Assembly: GCA_038087875.1 (NCBI GenBank)
Contig: JAXLNO010000478.1
Span: 62,001-126,000 of the forward strand
Reading direction: 5' to 3'
Source of the DNA: Malacoraja senta
Taxonomy: Eukaryota
DNA: 64,000 nt
Shown: piece after piece, positions 49,177 through 60,378 of the stretch
Layout: every line of letters starts with the position of its first letter
Position numbering within the stretch: the stretch's first letter is position 1
Notes under the pieces: generated by a model
What the model was told of the DNA's origin: nothing
The model's database searches: none
The model's input: only the letters and a program-made list of their open reading frames with translations
Translations under genes and position numbers: made by a program

Positions 49177-52100
49177 GTGAGTGAGTGAGTGTGGCTGGTG
49201 AGTGAGTGAGTGATTGAGTGAGTGTGGCCGGTGAGTGTGTGAGTGATTGAGTGAGTGTGGCCAGTGAGTGAGTGTGGCTGGTGAGTGAATGAGTGAGTGA
49301 GTGTGGCCGGTGAGTGAGTGAGTGAGTGAGTGTGGCCGGTGAATGAGTGTGGCCGGTGAGTGAGTGAGTGTGGCCGGTGAGTGAGTGAGTGAGTGTGGCC
49401 GGTGAGTGAGTGAGTGAGTGAGTGTGGCCGGTGAGTGAGTGTGGCCGGTGAGTGAGTGAGTGAGTGTGGCCGATGAGTGAGTGTGGCCCGTGAGTGAGTG
49501 AGTGTGGCCCGTGAGTGAGTGAGTGGCCGGTGAGTGAGTGAGTGTGGCCGGTGAGTGAGTGAGTGTGGCTGGTGAGTGAGTGAGTGTGGCCGGTGAGTGA
49601 GTGTGGCCGGTGAGTGAGTGATTGTGGCCAGTGAGTGTGAGTCAGTGTGGCCAGTGAGTGAGTGAGTGGCCGGTGAATGAGTGAGTGTGGCCGGTGAGTG
49701 AGTGAGTGTGGCCGGTGAGTGAGTGAGTGAGTGTGGCCGGTGAGTGAGTGTGGCCGGTGAGTGAGTGTGTGGCCGGTGAGTGAGTGCGGCCGGTGAGTGA
49801 GTGAGTGTGGCCGGTGAGTGAGTGAGTGTGGCCGGTGAATGAGTGAGGCCGGTGAGTGAGTGAGTGTGGCCGGTGAGTGAGTGTGGCCAGTGAGTGTGGC
49901 CAGTGAGTGAGTGAGTGTGTCCGGTGAGTGAGTGTGGCCGGTGAGTGAGTGAATGAGTGTGGCCGATGAGTGAGTGTGGCCCGTGAGTGAGTGAGTGTGG
50001 CCCGTGAGTGAGTGAGTGGCCGGTGAGTGAGTGAGTGGCCGGTGAGTGAGTGAGTGTGGCTGGTGAGTGAGTGAGTGATTGAGTGAGTGTGGCCGGTGAG
50101 TGTGTGAGTGATTGAGTGAGTGTGGCCAGTGAGTGAGTGTGGCTGGTGAGTGAATGAGTGAGTGAGTGTGGCCGGTGAGTGAGTGAGTAAGTGAGTGTGG
50201 CCGGTGAATGAGTGTGGCCGGTGAGTGAGTGAGTGTGGCCGGTGAGTGAGTGAGTGTGGCCGGTGAGAGAGTGAGTGAGTGTGGCCGGTGAGTGAGTGTG
50301 GCCGGTGAGTGAGTGAGTGAGTGTGGCCGATGAGTGAGTGTGGCCCGTGAGTGCGTGAGTGTGGCCCGTGAGTGAGTGAGTGGCCGGTGAGTGAGTGAGT
50401 GTGGCCGGTGAGTGAGTGATTGAGTGAGTGTGGCTGGTGAGTGAGTGAGTGATTGAGTGAGTGTGGCCGGTGAGTGAGTGATGCTGGTGAGTGTATGAGT
50501 GAGTGAGTGTGGCCAGTGAGTGAGTGAGTGGCCGGTGAGTGAGTGAGTGTTAGCAGTGAGTGAGTAAGTGTGGCCGGTGAGTGAGTGAGTGTGGCTGGTG
50601 AGTGAGTGTGGCCGGTGAGTGAGTGAGTGTGGCAGGTGAGTGAGTGTGGCCGGTGAGTGAGTGTGGCCAATGCGTGAGTGAGTGAGTGTGGCCGGTGAGT
50701 GAGTGTGGCCGGTGAGTGAGTGTGGCTGGTGAGTGAATGAGTGAGTGTGGCCGGTGAGTGAGTGTGGCCGGTGAGTGAGTGAGTGAGTGTGGCTGGTGAG
50801 TGAGTGAGTGTGGCCGGTGTGTGTGTGTGGCCGGTGAGTGAGTGAGTGAGTGTGGCCCGTGAGTGAGTGTGTGGCCAGTGAGTGAGTGAGTGTGGCCGGT
50901 GTGTGTGAGTGAGTGTGGCCTGTGAGTGAGTGAGTGTGGCCGGCGAATGAGTGAGTGTGGCCAGTGAGTGAGTGACTGAGTGAGTGTGGCCAGTGAATGA
51001 GTGAGTGTGGCCGGTGAATGAGTGTGTGTGGCCGGTGAGTGAGTGTGGCCGGTGAGTGAGTGTGGCCGGTGAGTGAGTGAGTGAGTGTGGCCAGTGAGTG
51101 AGTGAGTGAGTCAGTGTGGCCAGTGAGTGAGTGAGTGGTCGGTGAGTGAGTGAGTGTGGCCGGTGAGTGAGTGAGTGTGGCCGGTGAGTGAGTGAGTGAG
51201 TGTGGCCGGTGAGTGAGTATGGCCGGTGAGTGTGAGTGTGGCCGGTGAGTGAGTGCGGCCGGTGAGTGAGTGAGTCTGGCCGGTGAGTGAGTGTGGCCGG
51301 CGAGTGAGTGAGTGTGGCCGGCGAGTGAGTGAGTGTGGCCGGCGAGTGAGTGAGTGTGGCCGGTGAGTGAGTGAGTGTGGCCGGTGAGTGAGTGAGTGTG
51401 GCCGGTGAGTGAGTGTGGCCGGTGAGTGAGTGAGTGGCCGGTGAGTGAGTGAGTGTGGCCGGTGAGTGAGTGAGTGATTGAGTGAGTGTGGCTGGTGAGT
51501 GAGTGAGTGATTGAGTGAGTGTGGCCGGTGAGTGAGTGATGCTGATGAGTGTATGAGTGAGTGAGTGTGGCCAGTGAGTGAGTGAGTGGCCGGTGAGTGA
51601 GTGAGTGTTAGCAGTGAGTGAGTAAGTGTGGCCGGTGAGTGAGTGAGTGTGGCTGGTGAGTGAGTGTGGCCGGTGAGTGAGTGAGTGTGGCAGGTGAGTG
51701 AGTGTGGCCGGTGAGTGAGTGTGGCCAATGCGTGAGTGAGTGAGTGTGGCCGGTGAGTGAGTGTGGCCGGTGAGTGAGTGTGGCTGGTGAGTGAATGAGT
51801 GAGTGTGGCCGGTGAGTGAGTGTGGCCGGTGAGTGAGTGAGTGAGTGTGGCTGGTGAGTGAGTGAGTGTGGCCGGTGTGTGTGTGTGGCCGGTGAGTGAG
51901 TGAGTGAGTGTGGCCCGTGAGTGAGTGTGTGGCCAGTGAGTGAGTGAGTGTGGCCGGTGTGTGTGAGTGAGTGTGGCCTGTGAATGAGTGAGTGTGGCCG
52001 GCGAATGAGTGAGTGTGGCCAGTGAGTGAGTGACTGAGTGAGTGTGGCCAGTGAATGAGTGAGTGTGGCCGGTGAATGAGTGTGTGTGGCCGGTGAGTGA

Positions 52101-53642
52101 GTGTGGCCGGTGAGTGAGTGTGGCCGGTGAGTGAGTGTGGCCGGTGAGTGAGTGAGTGAGTGTGGCCAGTGAGTGAGTGAGTGAGTCAGTGTGGCCAGTG
52201 AGTGAGTGAGTGGCCGGTGAGTGAGTGAGTGTGGCCGGTGAGTGAGTGAGTGTGGCCGGTGAGTGAGTGAGTGAGTGTGGCCGGTGAGTGAGTATGGCCG
52301 GTGAGTGTGAGTGTGGCCGGTGAGTGTGTGCGGCCGGTGAGTGTGTGCGGCCGGTGAGTGAGTGAGTGTGGCCGGTGAGTGAGTGTGGCCGGTGAGTGAG
52401 TGTGGCCGGTGAATGAGTGTGGCCGGCGAGTGAGTGAGTGTGGCCGGTGAGTGAGTGAGTGTGGCCGGTGAGTGAGTGAGTGTGGCCAGTGAGTGAGTGA
52501 GTGTGGCCGGTGAGTGAGTGTGGCCGGTGAGTGAGTGTGGCCGGTGAGTGAGTGTGGCTGGTGAGTGAATGAGTGAGTGTGGCCGGTGAGTGAGTGAGTG
52601 AGTGAGTGTGGCCGGTGAATGAGTGTGGCCGGTGAGTGAGTGAGTGTGGCCGGTGAGTGAGTGAGTGTGGCCGGTGAGTGAGTGAGTGAGTGTGGCCGGT
52701 GAGTGAGTGTGGCCCGTGAGTGAGTGAGTGTGGCCCGTGAGTGAGTGAGTGGCCGGTGAGTGAGTGAGTGTGGCCGGTGAGTGAGTGATTGAGCGAGTGT
52801 GGCCGGTGAGTGAGTGAGTGATTGAGTGTGGCCGGTGAGTGAGTGTGGCTGGTGAGTTTATGAGTGATTGAGTGTGGCCGGTGAGTGAGTGAGTGAGTGA
52901 GTGTGGCCAGTGAGTGAGTGAGTGGCCGGTGAGTGAGTGTGTGTTAGCGGTGAGTGAGTAAGTGTGGCCGGTGAGTGAGTGAGTGTGGCCGGTGAGTGAG
53001 TGTGGCCGGTGAGTGAGTGTGTCGCCGGTGAGTGAGTGTGGCCGGTGAGTGAGTGTGGATGGTGAGTGAGTGAGTGAGTGTGGCCGGTGAATGAGTGTGG
53101 CCAGTGAGTGAGTGTGGCCGGTGAGTGAGTGTGGCCAGTGCGTGAGTGAGTGAGGCCGGTGAGTGAGTGTGGCCGGTGAGTGAGTGTGGCTGGTGAGTGA
53201 ATGAGTGAGTGTGGCCGGTGAGTGAGTGTGGCCGGTGAGTGAGTGAGTGAGTGTGGCTGGTGAGTGAGTGAGGCCGGTGTGTGTGTGTGTGGCCGGTGAG
53301 TGAGTGAGTGAGTGTGGCCCGTGAGTGAGTGTGGCCGGTGTGTGTGAGTGAGTGTGGCCTGTGAGTGAGTGAGTGAGTGTGGCCGGCGAATGAGTGAGTG
53401 TGGCCAGTGAGTGAGTGACTGAGTGAGTGTGGCCAGTGAATGAGTGAGTGTGGCCAGTGAATGAGTGAGTGTGGCCGGTGAGTGAGTGAGTGAGTGCGGC
53501 CGGTGAGTGAGTGTGGCCAGTGAGTGAGTGCGTGTGGCCGGTGAGTGAGTGAGTGTGGCCTGTGAGAGAGTGAGTGTGTCCTGTGATTGAGTGAGTGTGG
53601 TCGGTGAGTGAGTGAGTGTGGCCGGTGAGTGAGTGTGGCCCG
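49177..53642. repeat. (GAGT)n-GTGGCCGGT minisatellite, segment 3
   Basis: The same repeat resumes after the 3' LTR and ends abruptly at L1 sequence. Confidence 0.97.
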
Positions 53643-54096
53643 GATCTTGGACCAGATTAAAGTCTCCACCCACAATGACATGGTGATTTTCAATATTTGG
53701 GAGAGATGTAAAAAATGTAGTTATAAATGAGCTGTCATCCCAGTTGGGTCCATAAATGCTTGCCAATATGACAGGTGTGTCTTGCAATTTGCCCGACACC
53801 ATGACAAAGCGACCAGCAGGGTCTTCCACAGTTTTCTGTGGTTCGAACTTAATGTTCTTACGAATCAGGATAGCGGTGCCCCTAGCCCTATTATTACATT
53901 TCGAGTGAAATAGTTGACTAATCCAGCCTCTCTTAAGCCGTGTTACCTCTCTGTTGCGAAGGTGGGTCTCTTGGATGAAGAATATATCACCTTTGAGCTG
54001 TTGCAAATGGGCCAAGATCCTATCAGTTTTGGTAGGACTTCCCGTCCCTCTCACATTCCACGAGACAAATCTAAGAGTATCGTTTGTGTTGGCCAT
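53641..54096 (-). pseudogene. ORF2: L1 ORF2 N-terminal endonuclease fragment (inverted segment)
   Basis: [17 protein letters not shown]...IQETH...IYGPN...GGDFN; the frame then runs into satellite sequence. Confidence 0.92.
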
Positions 54097-54199
54097 ATTT
54101 AGCTATATGGGTAATGCGCTGTAGTTCTGCAAAACGAGACACGAAGAGCGCATCGAAGCCAGCTGCCGAGAGTGGGGATGTGGAGGGCGGGGGGGAAAT

Positions 54200-54578
54200 A
54201 AATATATATATATACACATATACATATATATATATATACACATATACATATATATATATATACACATATACATATATATATATACACATATACATATATA
54301 TATATATACACATATACATATATATATATACACATATACATATATATATACACACATATACATATATATATACACACATATACATATATATATACACACA
54401 TATACATATATATATACACACATATACATATATATATATATATACACATATACATATATATATACACATATACATATATATATACACACATATACATATA
54501 TATATACACACATATACGTATATATATACATATGGATATACATATGTGTGTATATATATATATACATATATACATATG
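54200..54578. repeat. Compound (AT)n/(ACATAT)n microsatellite inside the L1 spacer
   Basis: About 380 bp of TATATATACACATATACA-type repeats. Confidence 0.95.
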
Positions 54579-55056
54579 GATATAATAACCATAATGGTTG
54601 CACTGCCAGTACCATTGCTAACACTAATAGTTATAAAACTGGGCTTAAAGGACCCACTTTGTGGTTTGTGATTTGGTCTCTGCCTTCCTGTTCTTAACAG
54701 CTGGCCGCTAACGCTGTCAGCACCTGGCTAGTTTGCTTATACTAATCTTCATAACGAACTGTCTGGGGCTGATAAGAGCTCATTACAGCCAGGGTTATAT
54801 AAATCTTATCTTATACCTTTTTTGTTTAACAAAACATAATTGATGCCTTTAGTGCTGTGCTTTAATCCAACAGCCCAGTTTGTAATTTGCTAACCTTTCC
54901 AACGCCAACTCTCTCTTTATACTTTGTCGATTTTAAGACATACTATGTAACACCAAAGGAAGTTATTCCGGATCCACTTACACGTTAGCCGGTTTATTTA
55001 GTATCACCATTTTGTTAATATGCTTTGTCTTATTGTGACTATCATCATTGCTATTA

Positions 55057-56700
55057 TTACTGGATAGATCTTCGAATAAAGCCTCTACTTTAACTAAATC
55101 CGGTAAGACTGTGCATGTTCTTGCCAAACAACTGGGGCTTACAGATCCATGGAGATTTATATTCCCCACGACTAAATTATTTTCATTTTTCTCCCACGTA
55201 CATCGTACGTTTACCCGTATAGACTTCTTTCTCTTAGATAATAGATTGCTTTCCAAAATCAAATCTAGTGAGTACCATAGCATCGTAATATCAGATCATG
55301 CTGCGACCTCCCTTGATCTTCATTTTCGTAAACGAACTAACCCCTTTAAGTGGAGGTTCAACTCATTATTAGCAGAGGCTCAATACATGCAATTCTTGCA
55401 CTCCCAAATCACCCTATATTTTGAGCTGAATGACTCGCCGGACATAGAAAGAGGTATACTTTGGGAAGCTTCAAAAGCCTATATTAGGGGCCAACTCATT
55501 TCCTTTATCTCCAACCTGAAAAGAACCGAGACGTTCCAAACGGCAGATCTGTTACAAAAAATAAAGGACATTGATGACAAATATGCATCTGACCCAAACC
55601 CTAATCTCTATAGAGAACGCCTTAGGCTACAAACAGACTTTGACCTCATATCCATTAATAAAGCCAATCTACGACTGCTTAAATCTAGGCAACACTTTTT
55701 TGAATCTGGGGATAAAGCTGGAAAGCTTTTGGCCCATCAGGCCAGAACAGAGGCGACTTCACGGCTAATTCCAGCCATTAGATCCAGCTCAGGGGAGACT
55801 CATACTGATCCTCTCAGAATTAATGAAGCATTTGCTAAATTCTACACTGAACTATACACTTCCGACTGTCCGCCCACTGCAGGTGACATGTTCAGCAGTA
55901 TGACGCTTCCCCGAATTGATGAAGAAGCCATGAGAGACTTGGGTGGTCCCATAACTGTAGCTGAGGTCCAAGCAGCCATCACATCGCTGCAAAGCGGAGT
56001 CACCCGGCCCTGACGGCTTCTCTGTAGAATATTACAAAGCTTTCTCTGACCTCCTCGCACCAGTCCTGAGAGATATGTACAATGAAGCGTTTTTACATCA
56101 TCGCCTACCGCCCACCTTGTCGTGGGCTACCATCTCCCTAATTCTTAAAAAGGAGAAAGATCCCCTGCTTTGTAGTAGCTGTAGACCAATCTCACTCCTG
56201 AATGTGGACCTCAAAATCCTTTCTAAAGCCCTCGCGCTTCGTCTTCAACGAGTGATGCCCTCTATTATCTCGTTGGATCAAACAGGGTTTTTACCTGGCC
56301 GACAGTCTTCCCATAATACTAGGCGTCTCCTTAACATCATTCACACTTCGAGTAATGAGACCCCGGAGATGGTGGTCTCCCTCGATGCCGAAAAGGCCTT
56401 CGACAGGGTCGAGTGGAGGTACCTATATGAGGCGATGGATAGGTTTGGCCTCGGAAACAGTTTTATTCTCTGGGTGAGCCTATTATATTCGTCCCCGGTG
56501 GCCTCAGTACAAACAAACGACATACTGTCGCCCCACTTCACACTTCAGAGAGGTACCAGACAGGGTTGCCCACTATCTCCACTCTTGTTTGATGTCGCGA
56601 TAGAACCCCTGGCAGTCTGGTTACGCGCAGAGAAGGGCTTTAAAGGTATTACACGGTTTGACACAACTCATAAAGTCTCATTGTATGCGGATGACCTGCT
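55057..56700 (+). pseudogene. ORF2: L1 ORF2 fragment (EN C-terminal part through RT YADD)
   Basis: TRIDFFL, SDH, DAEKAFD, RQGCPLSP, YADD; frameshift near 55998 in the GKSPGPDG motif; homology stops right after YADDLL. Confidence 0.92.
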
Positions 56701-57362
56701 CGAACCCAGTCAGTTCAAAGTCAAAGGGGGGTGACCCTCTAATAAAGGCAAACTGGTGAGGCAAGATCCAGGGCTCCTGTCCTATACTGTCTTTGGGTGA
56801 AAACCGTGGTTAGCACAAATTGCCACAGATTTATTAACCCAACACCACAGATTTATTAACCCAGACCTCAGTCCAAAGGAGAAATTCAGGGAATGCAAGG
56901 AATGTTGCAAGGAATGGACGTGTTTGGTTATAATCATCCAAGGATGAGCAATACAAAATGTCTCTTGTGGAAGATACCAATATTTTACAGCATGGAGAGC
57001 ATCCATATTCTGCCAGGTTTCGTATGAGGTGATTTCCCCCCGACACCGCGATTGTGGAAGTACACGACTGTCACTGATATGGTATGGGATTGAGCATCTT
57101 GCAAACACACATGTTTAACAATATCACATTGCTGATTAAAACAAGATTCACAAAGCAAGAACAATGTACACTTTTAAACTAGGCTTACAAATTTCTCATG
57201 ACACTGCAGCAACTGTCATCCACACTAATACCACGCACATAACTATTTTTTAAAGGAATTTGGTTGCCATTTTGCTTAAAGAAGGAGGGGCTGTGAAATA
57301 GACAACATCTTACATTGACAAATGTTATGTCTCCTGTCAGATATACACAGTGTGTATGATTC

Positions 57363-57473
57363 TTGTTTAAGAAGGAACTGCAGATGCTGCAAAATCGAAG
57401 GTAGACAAAAATGCTGGAGAAGCTCAGCAGGTGAGGCAGCATCTATGGAGCGAAGGAATAGGCGACCCTTCTT
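57363..57473 (+). repeat. Short interspersed repeat, copy 1 (probably Penelope-derived)
   Basis: GTAGACAAAAATGCTGGAGAAGCTCAGCAGGTGAGGCAGCATCTATGGAGCGAAGGAA is shared with 58291-58450 (inverted) and 58743-58830. The family assignment is inference. Confidence 0.7.
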
Positions 57474-58290
57474 ATGACTCTGCTTTCTACGCAGTTGAAG
57501 ACTTTGATCTCCGGGCTCTGATAGTTTCAATTCTGACACAAACGTTATCACCCTCCACAATAAGTGTTTGAAAGCAAAATCAGCTCATGTGGCCCAAGTG
57601 ACTGAGTGTGTAAACAGTGCGCACACGAGAGTGAGCTGAGTGGAACTAGACTCATGATGCTGCTTCAGAAGACAAGTGGCAGTGCAGGTCAGTCAGTGGC
57701 AATGAATGAATGAATCATTCTCTTCCTCCCCCAATGATTCTGAAGTGAAACGGGAAAATACATCTAATGCAGAATTTCATCCCAATCTGCAGCAGGAGGG
57801 GGACCTTGATACTTCTAACCATTTATGATTTGCTCTGCTGTCGCTGGAGAGTCAGCCACTAATTTATTTCAGATAGTTTCTATCAATTACTGAAACGCCT
57901 CAAAGTCTTCACTGGAGCACATTCAAACTAAACTGACACTAGTCTGGAGCCATTTTGCTACAGGTATGTAGTTGCGTACTGGCCTGAACAGATATGACAC
58001 ATTCCCTTCCGTGAAGTGCAGCAGTGAACTATCGACATGCGTCACCACCAACGGAAGCGTTTTACGTCAGAATGCATTTATTAATAAAATTGAAATTCCC
58101 AGATCACGGGTTGGAATTTTGAGCTCTAAATAAAAAATCATGATTAGTACGATGCAAGCTATGTCAATAAGAGGCAAAATGATGTTTTTTTCTAAATATT
58201 TTGGTCAAGGGGCACTAGATAGAACCCGGCATAATCAGTAAATGTAAAATCATTTAGAGAGAGTTTTAACATCACGTTTCCAATGCTTTT

Positions 58291-58450
58291 ACATTTCGGG
58301 TCGAGACCCTTCTTTAGACTGAAGAAGGGTCTCGACGCAAAATGTCACCTACTCCTTCGCTCCATAGATGCTGCCTCACGTGCTGAGCTTTTCCAGCATT
58401 TTTGTCTACCTTAGATTTTCCCAGCATTTTTTCAGTTCTTGCTTAAACAA
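58291..58450 (-). repeat. Short interspersed repeat, copy 2, with a palindromic hammerhead-like end
   Basis: Reverse complement of copy 1, plus the inverted repeat ACATTTCGGGTCGAGACCCTTCTTTAG-A-CTGAAGAAGGGTCTCGACGCAAAATGT. Confidence 0.7.
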
Positions 58451-58455
58451 TACTC

Positions 58456-58742
58456 TTTTTTTTAAATATAATATTTTTATTAGAAGCATGTGCATATCAA
58501 AATACAAACATTTCTATCAATCATACATTGCTAATAGATGGGAATCCAGCTATCAAAATAATAGTGGTCCTCCTTTATCAGTTGTATATTAACTCTGCTT
58601 CTATTTAGTTGTTTTTTTATAGATATTAAGTGAGAAAAAAAAAGGCATGATAAATAAGAATGGAGTCATTTACCTTTGGAGTTCATACAACTTTGGAGAT
58701 AGGTCCGTAAGTTATAAAGCATAACTATTCATCTAATCCTGA
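58456..58742 (-). mobile_element. Probable 3' UTR and A-tail of a third L1 (continues at 63273)
   Basis: On the minus strand, AATAAA (58476-58481) is followed by an A run (58456-58463); orientation matches the ORF2 C-terminus beyond the CR1. Confidence 0.5.
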
Positions 58743-58830
58743 GTAGACAAAAATGCTGGGAAAACTCAGCAGGTGAAGCAGCATATATGGAGCGAAGGAA
58801 CAGGTGACATTTCGGGTCAAGACCCTTCTT
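58743..58830 (+). repeat. Short interspersed repeat, copy 3
   Basis: Homologous to copies 1 and 2; ends at GACCCTTCTT and is fused directly to the 79 bp monomer array. Confidence 0.7.
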
Positions 58831-58831
58831 T

Positions 58832-59225
58832 TGAGTAGAAAAACAGCGCGGGGCTTGCTTCTACAGAGGCCCGGGGAGCCGTTGGAGTGAGGAGGAGTTA
58901 CCTGGAGCTGTGAGTAGAAAAACAGCGCGGGGCTTGCTTCTACAGAGGCCCAGGGAGCCGTTGGAGGGAGGAGGAGTTACCTGGAGCTGTGAGTAGAAAA
59001 ACAGTGCGGGGCTTGCTTCTACAGAGGCCCGGGGAGCCGTTGGAGCGAGGAGGAGTTACCTGGAGCTGTGAGTAGAAAAACAGTGCGGGGCTTGCTTCTA
59101 CAACGGCCCGGGGAGCCGTTGGAGCGAGGAGGAGTTACCTGGAGCTGTGAGTAGAAAAACAGCGTGGGGCTTGCTTCTACAGAGGCCCGGGGAGCCGTTG
59201 GAGCGAGGAGGAGTTACCTGGAGCC
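58832..59225 (+). repeat. Five tandem 79 bp monomers upstream of CR1 ORF1
   Basis: TGAGTAGAAAAACAG starts at 58832, 58911, 58990, 59069 and 59148; the copies are near identical. Confidence 0.95.
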
Positions 59226-59356
59226 GTTGGAACCCAAATCTGCAACGTTCCATCTGCAGCTGCAACGTTCCAGAGAAGGACTGTGGGGGAAGCCTCTGAT
59301 TGGTCGAACGGACTAGAGGAAGCAGCTGATTGGCTTGTATCCCAGGTAAGGGGATT

Positions 59357-60361
59357 ATGAGGGCCAGGGCAGTTTACTGTTCTGGATGTCAGATGTGGGA
59401 AGTCATGGAGTCTGATAGCCCTCCAGACGTCCACATCTGCGCCAGGTGCGTCGAGATGGGGCTCCTAAGGGACCGTGTTAGGAACCTGGAGCAGCAACTC
59501 GATGACCTCTGTCTGCTCAGGGAGAGCGAGGAGGTCATAGAAAGGAGTTACAGGGAGGTGGTCACTCCAAGACCACGGGAGACAGAAAACTGGGTCACAG
59601 TTAGGAAGGGCAATGGGCAGAGGCAGGGACTGGTGAGTACCCCAGTGGCTGTACACCTTGAAAATAAGTACTCACGTTTGAGTAATGGTGGTGGAGATGG
59701 CCTACCTGTGGGCAGCGACAGCGGCCGGGCCTCTGGCACAAAGACCGGTCCTGTTGCTCAGAAGGGTAAGGAAAAGAAGAGGAGGGCAATTGTAATAGGG
59801 GACTCTATAGTCAGGGGGTCGGATAGGCGTTTCTGTGGACGCAGACAGGAGACCCGGATGGTAGTTTGCCTCCCTGGTGCCAGGGTCAGGGATGTGTCTG
59901 AACGTGTCGAAGAAATCCTGAAATGGGAGGGAGAGGAGCCTGAGGTTGTGGTACATATAGGTACCAACGACATAGGTAAAAAAAGAGAAGAGGTCCTACA
60001 TAGATACATAGAAAATAGGTGCAGGAGTAGGCCATTCGGCCCTTCGAGCCTGCACCGCCATTCAATATGATCATGGCTGAAAGAAGAATTTAGGGAGTTA
60101 GGTAGAGAGTTAAGGAGAAGGACTGCAAAGGTAACAATCTCAGGATTACTGCCTGTGCCACGCGACAGTGAGAGTAGGAATGGAGCGAGGTGTGGGATAA
60201 ATGAGTGGATGAGGGACTGGTGCAGTGGGTATGGATTCAAGTTTCTGGATCATTGGGACCTCTTTTGGGGAAGGTGCGACCTGTACAGAAAGGATGGGTT
60301 GCACTTGAACTCGAGGGGGACCAATATCCTGGCGGGTAGATTTGCAAAGGCTACTGGGTAG
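59357..60361 (+). pseudogene. ORF1: CR1 ORF1 (zinc finger, leucine zipper, SGNH/GDSL esterase), interrupted by an 81 bp insertion
   Basis: CSGC...CARC followed by leucine heptads; GDS, GTND and DGLH esterase blocks. The two ORF-track pieces share one reading frame. Confidence 0.9.
59998..60078 (-). mobile_element. Antisense 3' tail fragment of another CR1-type LINE or partner SINE
   Basis: The reverse complement reads ...GCAGGCTCGAAGGGCCGAATGGCCTACTCCTGCACCTATTTTCTATGTATCTATGT, similar to the host CR1 3' end (GAAGGGTCGAGATGGCCTG). Removing it restores EEVL-KEEFRELG. Confidence 0.8.
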
Positions 60362-60378
60362 ACTTTAAACTAGTATGG

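Larger units (their letters stand above)
53641..56700. mobile_element. Second L1 (different family), 5'-inverted and missing its 3' end
   Basis: Minus strand 53641-~55056 carries upstream spacer plus the ORF2 N-terminus ending GGDFNLVQDP. Plus strand from ~55057 continues LLDRSS... to YADDLL at ~56700. Confidence 0.92.

Noticed and set aside
17077..53642. CRISPR-like or telomeric array
   Set aside because: There are no unique spacers, no cas genes and no TTAGGG repeats; the spacing sequence is only variable GAGT copy number.
56824..56863. Short direct duplication CACAGATTTATTAACCCA
   Set aside because: Two copies only; ordinary slippage duplication.
56782..58592. Short ORFs in the unique-looking interval
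   Set aside because: No recognisable motifs, and several derive from the short interspersed repeat; host exons cannot be supported from sequence alone.
58832..59225. 79 bp repeats as a CRISPR array
   Set aside because: The units repeat over their whole length with no variable spacers.
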